Source: Callorhinchus milii (lineage: Eukaryota). From it: 64,000 bases of DNA. The translations under genes and the position numbers were made by a program. The notes under the pieces are model-generated. The model ran no database searches, was not told the origin of the DNA, and worked only from the letters and a program-made list of their open reading frames with translations. The DNA lies in contig NW_024704757.1 of NCBI RefSeq assembly GCF_018977255.1, forward strand, positions 16,554,001 to 16,618,000. The letters run 5' to 3'. Positions 1 to 12,600 of the stretch are shown one piece after another (position 1 is the first letter of the stretch; every line of letters starts with the position of its first letter).

Positions 1-1278
1 ACTTGATTTATGTGAGGAGGACAAAGAGAGAGAGAGAGCACTCCCAGGAGAGCTGCAGAGAAAAAACGATCTTATTTAAACACAGAAAAGAAAGTTCATC
101 ATATTCCTGCTACAGAAACAGAACTTGTAATGAAATACTATGGCCCAAAATCTCTCACGTTCTCATGCTTAAGGTCAATAAGCTTTACAGTTAAGATTGT
201 GCATAAATTTGGAGAATTCTTAAATTCAGCCTTAACTTGGAAGTTGTTTTATTCTAACTGCGAAAAACTGGCATCCAAATTATTCATTATTAATTAATCC
301 AGTTCAGTCTCTAATGTTAAAACTTTATGGTAAAGTTTTTGAACATTTTCCTTGAATTAATTGTATTAACTAATGAAAGAATGGATTATAAAATACCACA
401 AGACTAAGACCATGAGAAATTTCAGTCCCGAGGTTTCTGATAAAGATAGGACCTAATATTTGTCCTGGGTCCTTATCCCATGGTAGAAACATAAAGAGGA
501 TGGAGAAAGAAAGGGTAATCAGACCACCCAACAAGAGTCTCCTCTTGCTATGCCTTCACTAATGGGAAAACCTCATGACACAAGGAACACATCAGTGAAG
601 TCATTGCAACTTAGTGGCACAACGAATTTCATCACAAAGCTGCTCAGAGCCTTTGATAAAACCTACTGATGACAATGGCGCAGGTGAAGAGATGGATGTA
701 GGTATTGGTATTGAGCATTAGGGACCTAAATGGAGAAATCATTAATGCAGCGTGTTCAATTTACAGTCGCTCTGTGTCGTTCCATATATTATTCCTCAGC
801 AGGAATTTTTCTCTGGTCAGGAATTTCAGCTACTCAATTAGAACTGGGACAAGGTCTTCACAATTGAGCATTTTGACAAGCAGTAAATGGGCCTCTTGAA
901 CCCTAATCAGAAACAAAACTGTCTGGGAATCCAGATGTGCTGATTTGACAACTATGGCTCAAAACATTATACATAAATTTTATTCCACAGTCATCGGACT
1001 TTGCTTGCTGGATGTTAAAATGATCCTGTTTTTGCCTTTAAATTTAGTTCAGAAATGCTTTCATCATCCTTGGTTTTGCTTTGACACTCTACCAATAACA
1101 CCCAGGCAGGTAATACATGCAGTTCAATATCAAGCCAGTTCGTTCTCAAATACTGAAGCAACTACAACTTCACCTTAGCCACAATCTAGTTCTATGTGAA
1201 CATCTTAGCGCCAAATGAAATGGATCAGTACATGAGTAAGTCTTCTCCATGTGTTCTACTTGCAAGAAAACCTACAGA

Positions 1279-1630
1279 AATAATAATAATATAATAATAA
1301 TCCTTGCATTTGATATAGCTCCTTATGTCGTCTTTGAGGCTTTTCAAAGAATATATTGGATTTTTGCATTTTATGCAAAACACAGCAGCCAATTGGTCAC
1401 AGTAATCTTCCACAAACAGTCATGGATTGAGTGGCAATTTTATTTTGAGGGATTATTACCCCTGGAAAGCCACCCGCCAATCGACTCACAATCGGGTTCC
1501 TATTTACTGCTAGGTAAACAGAGGCATGTGGAGTAAATAAATTTACCTAAGGTTTCGCCTCGCCTGGGAATCGAACCCGAGTCCCCTCCCTTGCGAGGCG
1601 AGCGCACTAACCACTACACTACATAACTCC
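1279..1630 (-). mobile_element. tRNA-derived SINE, long (CORE-like-containing) subfamily, diverged
   Basis: A/B boxes (B box GGTTCGATTCC), central tgcctctgtttacctagcagtaaatagg segment, L2-like tail with (TTA)n. Confidence 0.85.
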
Positions 1631-2140
1631 ACACAAATATATCTGCTTCTAGTAGGAAATTGCAATTAAGCATTTGCGTAAGTTGTTTACTAATACTGTG
1701 TTGTTGAAAAACATCACTGCAGCTGTTGTGCAGCCTGGTTACAGTCCAATCTGTGGGGGGGAATTCAATATATTTAGGTTGTTAAAAAGCATATCAGAAT
1801 CTGACCTAATTAAAAATGCTTCAAGTGTTGACTAACTGGCCTGCAAAGCAATTCCAGCTATTGCAGGACGGAAAAGGACATTTATTCATTCAAATTTAGT
1901 GCATTTTCTTTGCCCTTTTCAATCCTATGTTTTGCAACTTACAATGAATTATTGATGCAACTGCTAAATATTGCAACCACTAATTAGAGAAACATACAGA
2001 GCTATTAAAATATTTATTATCTGCCACTAATATTCTCTAAACAAACTAAAAGAATTGTATTCCTCCCTGTGTCTTTCCATATCTTATTCCTTTTAAGTGT
2101 TTACTTCTACACGCGTGTTGGTGGATGGGTGTGCATGTTC

Positions 2141-2163
2141 GTGTGTGTGTGTGTGTGTGTGTG
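2141..2163. repeat. (GT)n microsatellite
   Basis: About 11 GT units. Confidence 0.9.
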
Positions 2164-2307
2164 CATGTGAAATAATATTACATAATCTTTGAACGATTTT
2201 CTCTTCAAATGAGAGAAATGAAGCCCATTTACTGAATTTTACCATTAGTTGTCCTTTGGGCAGAAAAGAGTAAAATTTTAAAGCAGTCAAGAAGTCAATA
2301 GGAGAAG

Positions 2308-2410
2308 ACTTACCAGAGACAGAAACAGAAGCTGCTGTGAAGCGATAGCCTGGAACCCATCTTTTATCCACTTCAATTTCCCCAGAGTAAACAATAACTA
2401 TTAAAACAAG
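2308..2410 (-). promoter_or_regulatory. Candidate TATA-type promoter and 25-nt non-coding first exon of a divergent gene
   Basis: Minus strand: GATAAAAG (2368-2361), Inr-like TCA with A at 2338 (30 nt downstream), donor CTG|GTAAGT at 2314/2313, MEF2-like AT element 2398-2407. Confidence 0.45.
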
Positions 2411-4189
2411 TAGTTAGAAAAAACTTTTGGCATGACCCAGGATGGTTCTGATTGGCTTCCCCTCGAGGTCTCGGTGGATGGATCATTTAGGTCATGCTTC
2501 TTGGGAGTTCTAAAATCCAGTTATGTCCATATTGGGAGCAGCACACAGAACGATGTTGCGAGCTCTCAGCTAACACTTAATATAACCCACCGTTATGATT
2601 TTTGTTCTATTCATGTCACATTAACAAATGAAGCAAAACTTTGTAATGCGTATTTCAAAACCCTTGGACCTATGACCTTAGTTAAAGTTATTTGCATTTA
2701 ACCACCATGAACACTCTTCCCCAGCTTATTATTACCTTACAAACCTTTTGAAATGTTCACCTGATTCGTGTAAGCTTTGGGGAAAAAATAATAATAATAA
2801 TCCTTGCATTTGGTATAGCAACTAAACACATCTTCAAGAAGTCTCACAGGATATACTATGAAGTGAATTGACTATATTTTGTGGGTGAAGAAAAAGGGTC
2901 GTTTTTTTTGCTAGTTCCCCAACATTTAGAAAGCGTCTTTCATACGGAAAGGAATTTTTGTCCTTTGCTATATTGCCGATTTATTTTGAAAAATGCAAAT
3001 AACTTTAACTAACAAGAATTAAAACAGACACAGTGAGTTTGGATTATATTCCCATTGTGTTTAGATAGTTAATACTCTGCATGTCACACTTTGATGTGTG
3101 AGCTGCTACACGTGAATCTCATTCTAAATGTATATCATCAGAATATACAAGGACCATGAATTGCCACTCATTGATATTTTACACACATGCATTGAGTATG
3201 CATTGATTGGACATTCCCTTTACCGCTGTTTGAAGGGACATTGCGGTGGGCAAGTTGGCTGCTATGTTCACCAAATAGATACACATTCACTGCACTTTAT
3301 AGTATATCCTGTCAAATGCTTTGAGAAGTCCTCCCAATGTGAAAGACACTGTATCAAATACAAGGATTATTATTAGGCTCACAAGAGTTCCTTCTCCTCC
3401 AATTATGAACCAGTGTAATGGAAAGCTTTAGCTAAAGTCCATGTACTGTAAAAAGAGTTAACAACCTACTGGGAGAAACCAGCCAAGGTTCAGTATCCAC
3501 GGTTGTGTAAATTTCAATATTCTCTATTGTTGTGTGTGTATATTTCGATATCCACTGTTGTATGTAGTTATGTGTGTGTATTTTGATGTCCATGTGAGGG
3601 CATTCGTGGAAAAATCATAATATTGGAGTACTTTTATAAAAATAATCAATATTTGATACATTTACAAAATCAACAGCAAATATCAAAGATGCCAGCAGAT
3701 GTTCTCAGATCCTAAACCTTTCCTCTTCCCAAGATACTGGAATGCACACGAGAGCCTGATTTTGCGGAATAATCTGGCTCTGGAAGCCAGAAAGTAGGAG
3801 GGTTCATGTTTTACCTCCAGAGATTATTCAAGGTTAGAATATCTACCCTCCTGGCTTGCATTCTTTGTGCTGTAAATGATGCATGTTGAGCACATGTGCA
3901 ACTCTGCTGAGCATTGCAATAATATTCTAGTGTGACGCAGTGGTTCAAGCTTGCAACGGCCGTGGTTCTCATCAGGCGTTTCTGTGTTGAGCCCAGAGGC
4001 TCGTTACTGATTAGGATTAAGCCAACAAGTGACAAGGGCGAAATTAGTAATAACTGGGAATCATTGACGGTTAATCAGATATTTCCTTATTTCCCATCCA
4101 GATTTCAGTGGCCTTCAAATTCCTAACAATCTATCATCTACTACAAAATGGATTAAAATTCAGTTCTGAATCTAAGTTTATAGACAAAA

Positions 4190-4432
4190 ATTAGGTCTTA
4201 TCTGTCCATTCAGGTGGCGTTAAAGATCCTGTGGCACTGTTTGTCCTGGCGCCCCAGCCGATAATCCTTCAGATGAATTGGTCAAATAGCTATTTGTAGG
4301 ACCTCGCTGTTTGCAGATCGTTTTCCACGTCTGCCTACAAATACAGACATTACACTTGATAACAATTATTTGGGAAGCACATTGAGATATTTCAACATAA
4401 TAGGTGCTGTATCAAATGAAATTATTTTTTAT
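4190..4432 (+). mobile_element. Old DeuSINE (AmnSINE1/SacSINE1-like) remnant
   Basis: tcaggtggcgttaaagatcctgtggcactgttt resembles the Deu domain as I recall it; degenerate L2-type tail. Confidence 0.6.
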
Positions 4433-7400
4433 TGTATTATTTATTGGAACAAAAATACACAATAAATAATTGCTGTGCAAGGCTCAGTTTTAATGTTAAG
4501 AGCAGAGGAAGCAAACATTTTACAGGATATGACAGAAAGCCACAGTTGAATGTCATGTAATTCTCTACCTGTAGGCTAAGTGTCTGATCTCTACTGTAAG
4601 GTACAGTGAGTGCATCATATGGGGGAGCGTGGGAGCAAACCCATGTCCTGTCACTTTGTAGAGCAGGCCAGCTCACAACAGGAACCTCATGCTAAGCATT
4701 GCTTGGGATTTGGCCCTTGATGGAAAATTAGTAAATTACAGGTCTAATAAAATTCAAACAATGGAAGGAAAGGACAGTAAATTCAGTTCTGTGCGATGAT
4801 CGCCATTAATTTGCCGTGAGGTGACGCAGTGAGGGTAGGTGGGCAAGAAGGGGGAAGACACACCTAATAATTCGATAACTTTCAGACAAAGCAGAATAGC
4901 TGTGATGTATGTGCTGTTTATATTACTCAGCTGCTCTAAGCTGCCCTGGAGGAAGGATCAGTATGTTCTCCAGGGGTTGAATAACACTAATGCACTGGAC
5001 ATGTGTTGCCCTGAACTCTATAACCAAACATGGACATTGAAACCCAATCCAGACACTGCTTTGTGTTAAAACTAATTCTCAGTAGATTTTACTTTCTCTT
5101 TATTGAACAAGTACATCCCAGCTTGTCTCTTTGAACAAACATTTACAAAGATATGTTTTCAAGTTTTGCCACTTGTTCCAAGACTACTTTCTTTATTTTA
5201 CCGCAAGTCAGTGGAAACAGAAACTGTTGATTTTTTTCAAGAACAAATTAGATAGATTTCTGTTAAGAAATGATATATTGGGATACAGCATATAGTTTGG
5301 GACATGACAAGTACATGCGACGATCAGGATGGTGGAAGGCGAACTGAATGGTCCTTGGTCTTCTTTTGTCTAGCAATTCTTATGTTCTTTCTCAGTGTCT
5401 CATTTTTTATTTTAACTACATGCTTCCAAGTACTGTATGACCTAAATCAGAAACAAGTAGGGTGCGAAATTGCAGGGCAACCTTTCATCTTACCTGAATT
5501 ATCAAACAGTTTAGCACACCTTATATTTCCCTCCTTATCCCCAAATTCGAATTAATTTGCCCATTTGTCTCTTCGTTGTTTGTGAGGCAATGTTGCAGCA
5601 GATTTTAGCTGTCGTGTTTGTCTCTAACAAGAAATATCACTTAATTTGTGATCAATTATATTTGGTAAAGATTTGAGATTTCTTTTTCTACATGAACGCC
5701 ATTATATAAATGCAGGATCTAAATATTATTATTATCATCAGGCCATCATGCATGTTAGAAAAACAATGCATTACACTACTGTACACCTGCTCCTCTAACA
5801 TACATAGCCAGCATAATAATTTATTTCACTAAGAAATAAATCAATTGGTAGAAATTGGTAATTTACTCCATTAACGTAGCATTTTAAAGAGTCCAGATTT
5901 GTCTTATTCTTAAGCACAAACTTTAATTTTGAAGTTGGTTTTCTGTAACTTCTTTTAAGAATTACAGGAAAGGGGTTTCAAAGTTAAAACTGACTTCAAC
6001 AATTTACCAAATTCTGCATACTCTGAAACACTATTTTAATAGAGTAAATCTAGTTCCAAGTAGAATTTTACCTCTCAGGTGTCTCAAGACTAGACATATC
6101 CAGTCCTTTGTGAATAAGATTTTCTCCCCAAATCCTGCTGACTGATCGACCATACTTATCACCAGAATTCAGAGCAAAGTCTTTGAATAGGAGTTTTAAA
6201 GCACTGTTTAATTAGCAATAACCTAGTTTCCCAAACTAATAAAAATTGGTCTTTCACCTTAGTCTTTACTCGCTGTTGTTTTGACAAGCATGCAAACACC
6301 TTTATGTAGTAGTCTTGTTTGATATACTTACTGATGCATAGCAAGCAATGTCTGTCATTTTGTTTGTAAACGGCAGAACATAATACTGGAAACAAAATAT
6401 TCATTGCACAAGTGTTGACAGCTGGAACTATCCAATTAGGAGGGATTAGAAGTGTAAAATGAGCTATAGGATTGAATCCTATGCACACTGGAGTTCACTA
6501 CTTAGTGTGTAATGTATTGAGCTGAAAAAGTGGAAAGGTATTCTTTGTACAAACATTCTTATCCCTCAGTTTGATAAGGTCACTGGTGTAGAAACAATAG
6601 TGAAGAGATAGGATTTGGGGGATAGAGATATTTTAATGTCAATAATGTTATTTGATGTAATGCGTTGAAACATGTTCATTGCTGTCTTTCAACAGTCGGA
6701 ATGTACAAGCAGCTGCAAATCTCTCTGGTGGCTCAGGGTAGCCTTTCTCTGAAGAACAGGCATGTTGTATGTGTCATTAGTCTATGTCTTTAAGTGCTTT
6801 ATTTTTAGAACCATTTTCCACTTGGATTTGAATCCCTTCAGTTCTAATTAATGATGATAATGTGTAAAAATAAGCTGCAATCTTTGTCACCCGGCAGGAT
6901 ACTTTCCCTCAAACTGACAACCACTCATATGGAAACATTCATCCTGAGGAATCAGATATGTTAACTATATTCAAATTATGCCGATGTTGAAGCAGAGACT
7001 ATAACCAGCAATTGGCTCCACTTAAAACCTAACAACTGAAGATTTCTAACATATTAACCCTCATACTTGGTATAGCACCTTTCATGTTAGGTAGATATCG
7101 CTCTGTCAACATGTCTCTGTCAGCATCTGGGACCCTGATAGCAAACTAAAATGAATTTTTACTGAGAAATTACAGTGACAAAGTACATTGATCCTATGAA
7201 GCTATAAAATGAAAAGATACAGGTCTAGACATGATTTGCCATGCAGTAAGTTCTCCATCTCAGATAAGTCACAATGTAAATTGCGTGCCATCAACAATGA
7301 AGCGCTTTGGGACGTCCTCCCGACGTGAAAAAGCGCTATATCAAATGCAAGGATTATTATTATAACAATCTGTGGTTATATTGTCCCTTTCGTGTAAGAT

Positions 7401-7751
7401 GAACAACTCAAAGAACTTCACAGAGACAATAAGGAATGGGGAGGAAAGAATGAAAAATTTAAGGTTGCTCATCAAAGCTACAGTCAAAGAAATGGGGTTT
7501 TAAGAGAATTTTGAAGGAAGGGAGTCAAAGAGCAAGGCAAAGGGATTTTACACAGTTACATAGCTTGATACAGCACAGATACAGGCCATATAGCCCAACC
7601 CATCTATTCTGGTGTTAAAGCTCCCCTTTGAAGGAATCATAGCATATATAATATATATTATATACTGCATATATATTATATACACACCATGTATATATAA
7701 AGTTCAATGTTCATATAAAATCTGATCTAGTCTGAGAATTATACATGAAAA

Positions 7752-8142
7752 AATTCTTACATTTGATATACCACCTTTCACATCAGAAGAACGAAGAATG
7801 TGCTTCACAGGATTTACTGTAATATGTAGTGACTGTGTATTTGGGACATTGCTGTGCGCAATTGGCTGCCGCGTTCGCCCACAAATATACAGTCAATTCA
7901 CTTTACAGTATGTTCTGTGAAGCGCTTTGGGACGTCCTCCCGACGTGAAAAGCGCTATATCAAATGCAAGGATTATTATTATTATTATTATTATAAGACC
8001 TGTGCGCAATTGGATGCCGCGTTCGCCCACAAATATACAGTCAATTCACTTTACAGTATGTTCTGTGAAGCGCTTTGGGACGTCCTCCCGACGTGAAAAG
8101 CGCTATATCAAATGCAAGGATTATTATTATTATTATTATTAT
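7752..8142. mobile_element. Cluster of SINE 3' halves: one old minus-strand tail plus a tandem dimer of young plus-strand tails
   Basis: Units start at 7852 and 8000 (period 148) and are nearly identical. Confidence 0.9.
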
Positions 8143-8439
8143 TTTGTAGGTGTATATTTATTATATACAAAATTACATAGAATTATAGAATAAATATAAG
8201 GTCCGTGTACTGAATTCCATACACAGACCGTTTTGTTTGTCAGCGGATGTCAGACACATGGGAAAACCATCATCATGCTAAAGAGTATCCGAGCCAGTCT
8301 GAGAGCTCCATACAACTCACCTAGACATAGAGAACTTTTCTTGCTATACAATCCGATCTGAGAATTATAGAACACTTATAGAATTATTATATACAATTAT
8401 AGACGGAAACAAAATTTCTTTGCGATCAGACCTACAATA

Positions 8440-8670
8440 CAGTACGAATTTACATTTATACAGTGCCTTTCGTGTTGGGAGGACGTCCGAAGGCACTTAA
8501 TAACACTGGTTTGGCACCTGAGCTGTGGGTGGGAGCAGAGGGTGGTGGGGAGGAGAAAGATGACCACAGTCAAAGTGGTACATCTTGAGACAGACCTCAA
8601 ACAAGGTGAGGGGGAGCAAGTTAGCGACTCCAGGATGGAGTTCCAGAGAGTGCGGCCTGAGACACATATA
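8440..8670 (-). mobile_element. Old L2 3' fragment directly upstream of the kpna7 promoter
   Basis: GRTLWNSI remnant and ggacgtcctcccaacacgaaagg tail. Confidence 0.6.
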
Positions 8671-8714
8671 GTGTTATTGAACAATTCATTATAAAGTCTA
8701 GAATTATTACTGTG

Positions 8715-9310
8715 GATTTACGGCCCAGGAGTTGCGCTCCGCTGATTGGGCGGATACCGCCTCCGCACTGTCCTATGGCCGCAGTGGCTCCCGGACACCG
8801 GGAGATTTAAACCGCGGAGGGCGCAGCCGTGTCCCGGGTTAACCTGCACAGGAGGAGGTAACAGGTTAGTGGTGGCATCCGCACAGCTTTCCGGCAGCTG
8901 CACTGTCCCAGTTCAGTTTCCCTTCCCTACTTTTCCGGAAGAATTGTCTGTAGCGGTTTTGGCGCACGTTGTCTGTGCTGTACACGATTCCCAGAATAAA
9001 CTTCGTTTACATTAAGGATTTAACTGTATTTACGGCGCAGTGTGAAATACGGACAGGGACAGGTTCGGTGGTCCTCGCGGAGCCCAGGAAGGAATGCCTT
9101 AACCTGTAGGACTTTGGTTTGCAGAGCTCCTAATGTGTCTGAGTATTGATACTCGGCTCTTTGACTCCTCCACTCCCCCCGCGATGGTTTGGATGTCATG
9201 TATCTGCTTTTCTCTCCCGTCCCCGTTGAGGACGAGCACAGTTCTAACTCCTTTTAGTAATATTTGTTGTGTAAGTTCAGATGGCTCCGGGGACCTTCCC
9301 TCGGACCTGG
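8715..9310 (+). promoter_or_regulatory. CpG-rich kpna7 promoter and putative non-coding exon 1
   Basis: Local CpG enrichment; CTGATTGG (inverted CCAAT) 8742-8749 overlapping GGGCGG 8748-8753; TTTAAA 8806-8811; candidate donors at 8858 (gtaaca) and 8865 (gttagt). The ATG exon has its own acceptor, so an upstream exon is required. Confidence 0.65.
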
Positions 9311-9611
9311 AATGCAGGTGCTATCTGCAGTTTTCAGCTGCTTTAGAACTCAAAAGTTGTGGTTTGTGTCTCTCCAGCGTCTAACGAGGAAATAATTTTG
9401 CTTCTATCCTTAAGCATTGCTGTGAGAGGAGATGTTTAATGGAGGGCGAAAGGAACCCATTTCTGCTACTTTCTTTTTTAAAAAAAACCAAGCAAAACCT
9501 AAACGGGTTTTGTCAACAATTTATCATTCTTAAAGTGTGGGGTTGGAAAGTCTCGGGTCTGTTGTTCACCCGGTGGATCTGAATAGCCTTTTTGTTTTGC
9601 AGATTGCAAAG

Positions 9612-9677
9612 ATGTCAACCAGCGAAGCTGAGAATACAAGGATGAAAATATTCAAGAATAAGGGGAGAGATTTTGTG
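9612..9677 (+). CDS. kpna7: kpna7 coding exon 1 ([22 protein letters not shown])
   Basis: Acceptor ttttgcag ends 9602, ATG at 9612, donor GTG|gtatgc. Confidence 0.9.
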
Positions 9678-12600
9678 GTATGCACCGTGTTTCTTTGTAA
9701 CGCCGGACATCTTGGTATGGAAAGGGACTATATAAATGCAACTTGTTTTTTTGTGACTTTCAAATCTGTGTTGTGCCAATGTGATGCAGTCGCTACAAGC
9801 TCCCAGTGAGCTTTCAGGTGTTTTTTTTAAAAAAAACACACACGCAGGAAATTTCCTATAGCAAAGCCCTCTGCCCAGGCCAACTCATCATCAGTTTCTC
9901 AATCATTTTGTTGCTGGGATGAATTGAATGCAGCTGCAATCGACTCGTGAATGTCACTTGTATTAGGGACGTTTGAATTAAAGGGGGAGCTACACCGTGT
10001 AACCGGGTCTGCACCATAGTAATGGACTGTTTTGACTGCGTTGCTTCAGAGGACGTCAGACTCGAGTGATTGGGTTTCTATAGTTGCAGTAGAAGGAGAT
10101 GAGTAACCACTGTTGTGTTGACGGTTTCCATACTCGGCTCCTAGAATCGCTTCGTACTTTTTAAGTGTAGGAATGATAAAAGTGTTGGGAATGGCAGGTC
10201 CCAGATTCCTGCGGTGTGTAGAAGGTAATCTGTTCTCTCGGACCAATGGAACATTTTTCTGATGTAAAGTTCTGGCGATGGGTTTTCTCGTCTCCACTGG
10301 AGGGACCACACATTATCAAAAGTGCAAGAGAATTTAAAGCTTTAACATACAAAGCATTCTGGGCGTTGACTCGATTTGAAATGTTTTTTTTATCATGGTG
10401 TGTTGACTCGAATCTAAAGAGCCTTTTTTAATTTAATTTTTTTTAAAAAAAATGACACCACACAAATTGCAATAACGTTATTTCCTTCGCTCCCAAACTT
10501 ACTTAAATTTTTTTTGCCGGAATTCAGCAAATAGATTCCTTTAAAATATACTGTGCATTAAGCAGCAGTAAGACGAACGGTTGTACTCCTGTACGACCAT
10601 ATTCATTTGGAAAAGGATCCATCCCACTGTTGCTCCCTTAAACTAGGAGTTGAGGAGGCGGAGAATCGAGATCAACGTTGAGCTACGAAAAGCCAAGAAG
10701 GACGAGCAGATTCTGAAGAGGAGAAATGTGGGCACTTTGCGAGAGGACGACAAGACACCGGAAACGATTGTAAGCAATTTCATATGTATAAAATTCCAGG
10801 CCAGAGGGAAAGTAACACTAAACTAATCAGTTGCGTGTTTCGTTTTATTTGAAAGGGAGGGTAGGACTTGCAGAACACAGTGAAGTTGTATGACTGCTCT
10901 CATCCTCTGATTGCGGGCAATGGTTGGAGTAAATGCTATGTTTGGGAAATTCTTTGTGGGATTTCCTGTTTAATTGGTGTCCTGATCGCTAGTCAAAAGC
11001 TGTGCACAGGTTTGTAACCGGTGACACTGCAAATATATCCATCAACCGAGGGAGAGGCGGCGTTGAGAGGCTTTCCCACCAGTGGGTGCTGCTGCTCTCC
11101 ATCTACCACATTCAAATCATGTCTCTAAATTGCTCCAATGTAGTTTCTTTTTCTTGACCTGAGTGAGAAGAGAACGCACACTCGTCATATTCCGTATCGT
11201 GTAAAATGTACCGAATCGTTGGGAGGCCATTCGGCATGTCGTGACTGCCGACTGAAAAGCATTTGCTTTTATTCCTTTTTTTCGTACCTAATCGTGTGGG
11301 GAAAAATGCCACTGAATGCTTGAAAGTTGAACGCTAACTTTGCTCCTAATGTGCAGGTCCGTGAGATGACGGTTAAAGAGATTGTGATTGGGATGAACAG
11401 TCACGAACCACAGCTGCAACTACAAGCGACACAGGGTGCAAGGTACTACCACACCCAAGTCATTTTACCCAGTGTGTGAGGCTTGGAGATTCCCCTTCTG
11501 TTGGTTTACTTGGGTATTTTTCAATACCTTTTATTCAAATACAGATTGTAAATTTGTATCCCGGACTGCGCTCTTCAGATAGCAGTAAGTGATCTTCAGT
11601 GCAGTAAACAAATCTAACTGCCCCTACACTTGATTTCTGACTAAGGATGAGTTAAAATTGTAGCTTCATCAGAATCCTAAGATATCTCTTCTAGGAAGTA
11701 TGAGGCCAAATAATTCCATCTCGTCCTTAGATAAATTGATCATTCACCTAATGGGTTGCTGTTTGCCGACAAATACTCAGGATATCTAACAATTATCTGT
11801 GAAACAATTTGAGGAATCTGACAAAGAAAGCACTGTATCAAATGTAAAGATTATAATCTCCAAACGCAGCAAAGAAAAGTTTAACATTGTGCCTTTTTTA
11901 TTTTTCTCGGTAGAAAACTTCTGTCCCGAGCCTGGAAACCTCCTCTGAACGAGATCATTAAAGCAGGACTGATCCATAAGTTTGTTGAATTTCTTGGTAG
12001 AGATGATATCCCTGTTCTCCAGTTTGAATCTGCCTGGGCACTGACTAATATCGCATCAGGCACATCAGAGCAGACCAAGTCAGTAGTGGACGGAGGTGCT
12101 GTCCCAGTATTTGTGTCTCTGCTTTCATCTCCACATGTGCACATCAGTGAGCAGGCTGTGTGGGCCTTGGGCAACATTGCAGGTAGACTAATGGATTCCT
12201 ATCTGGAGGCCTTGTGATCAAGATATGCTCTCTCACTTTAACCCAGATGAAAAGTGGGTAATTGTATCAAAACCAAAAGGAAGATAACTTTTTTTTTCTC
12301 TCTAGGTGATGGTCCCCTCTTCCGTGATGCAGTGATAAATTGCAATGCTGTCCAGCCTCTGCTTGCATTGGTACAGCCTAGTACTCCAGTAAGTGTATAT
12401 GGTTTCCAGGCTCTGACCCGGTCATGAATCTAATTCAGAGTGCTTGTTTTGAATATTGTAAGACAAAATTTGACAAAACTATCAGAGGCAGAAAACTGAA
12501 AGAGATGAGGAATAATCGATGTGGAATGCTTTATTCCCTGAACAATGCAACTTTAAACTTGGAACCTGGGTTTGCTTGATGCAACTTGGATTAATTTTAA

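Noticed and set aside
7852-8142. CRISPR-like or satellite array
   Set aside because: Only two units of a SINE tail with no spacers, in eukaryotic context.
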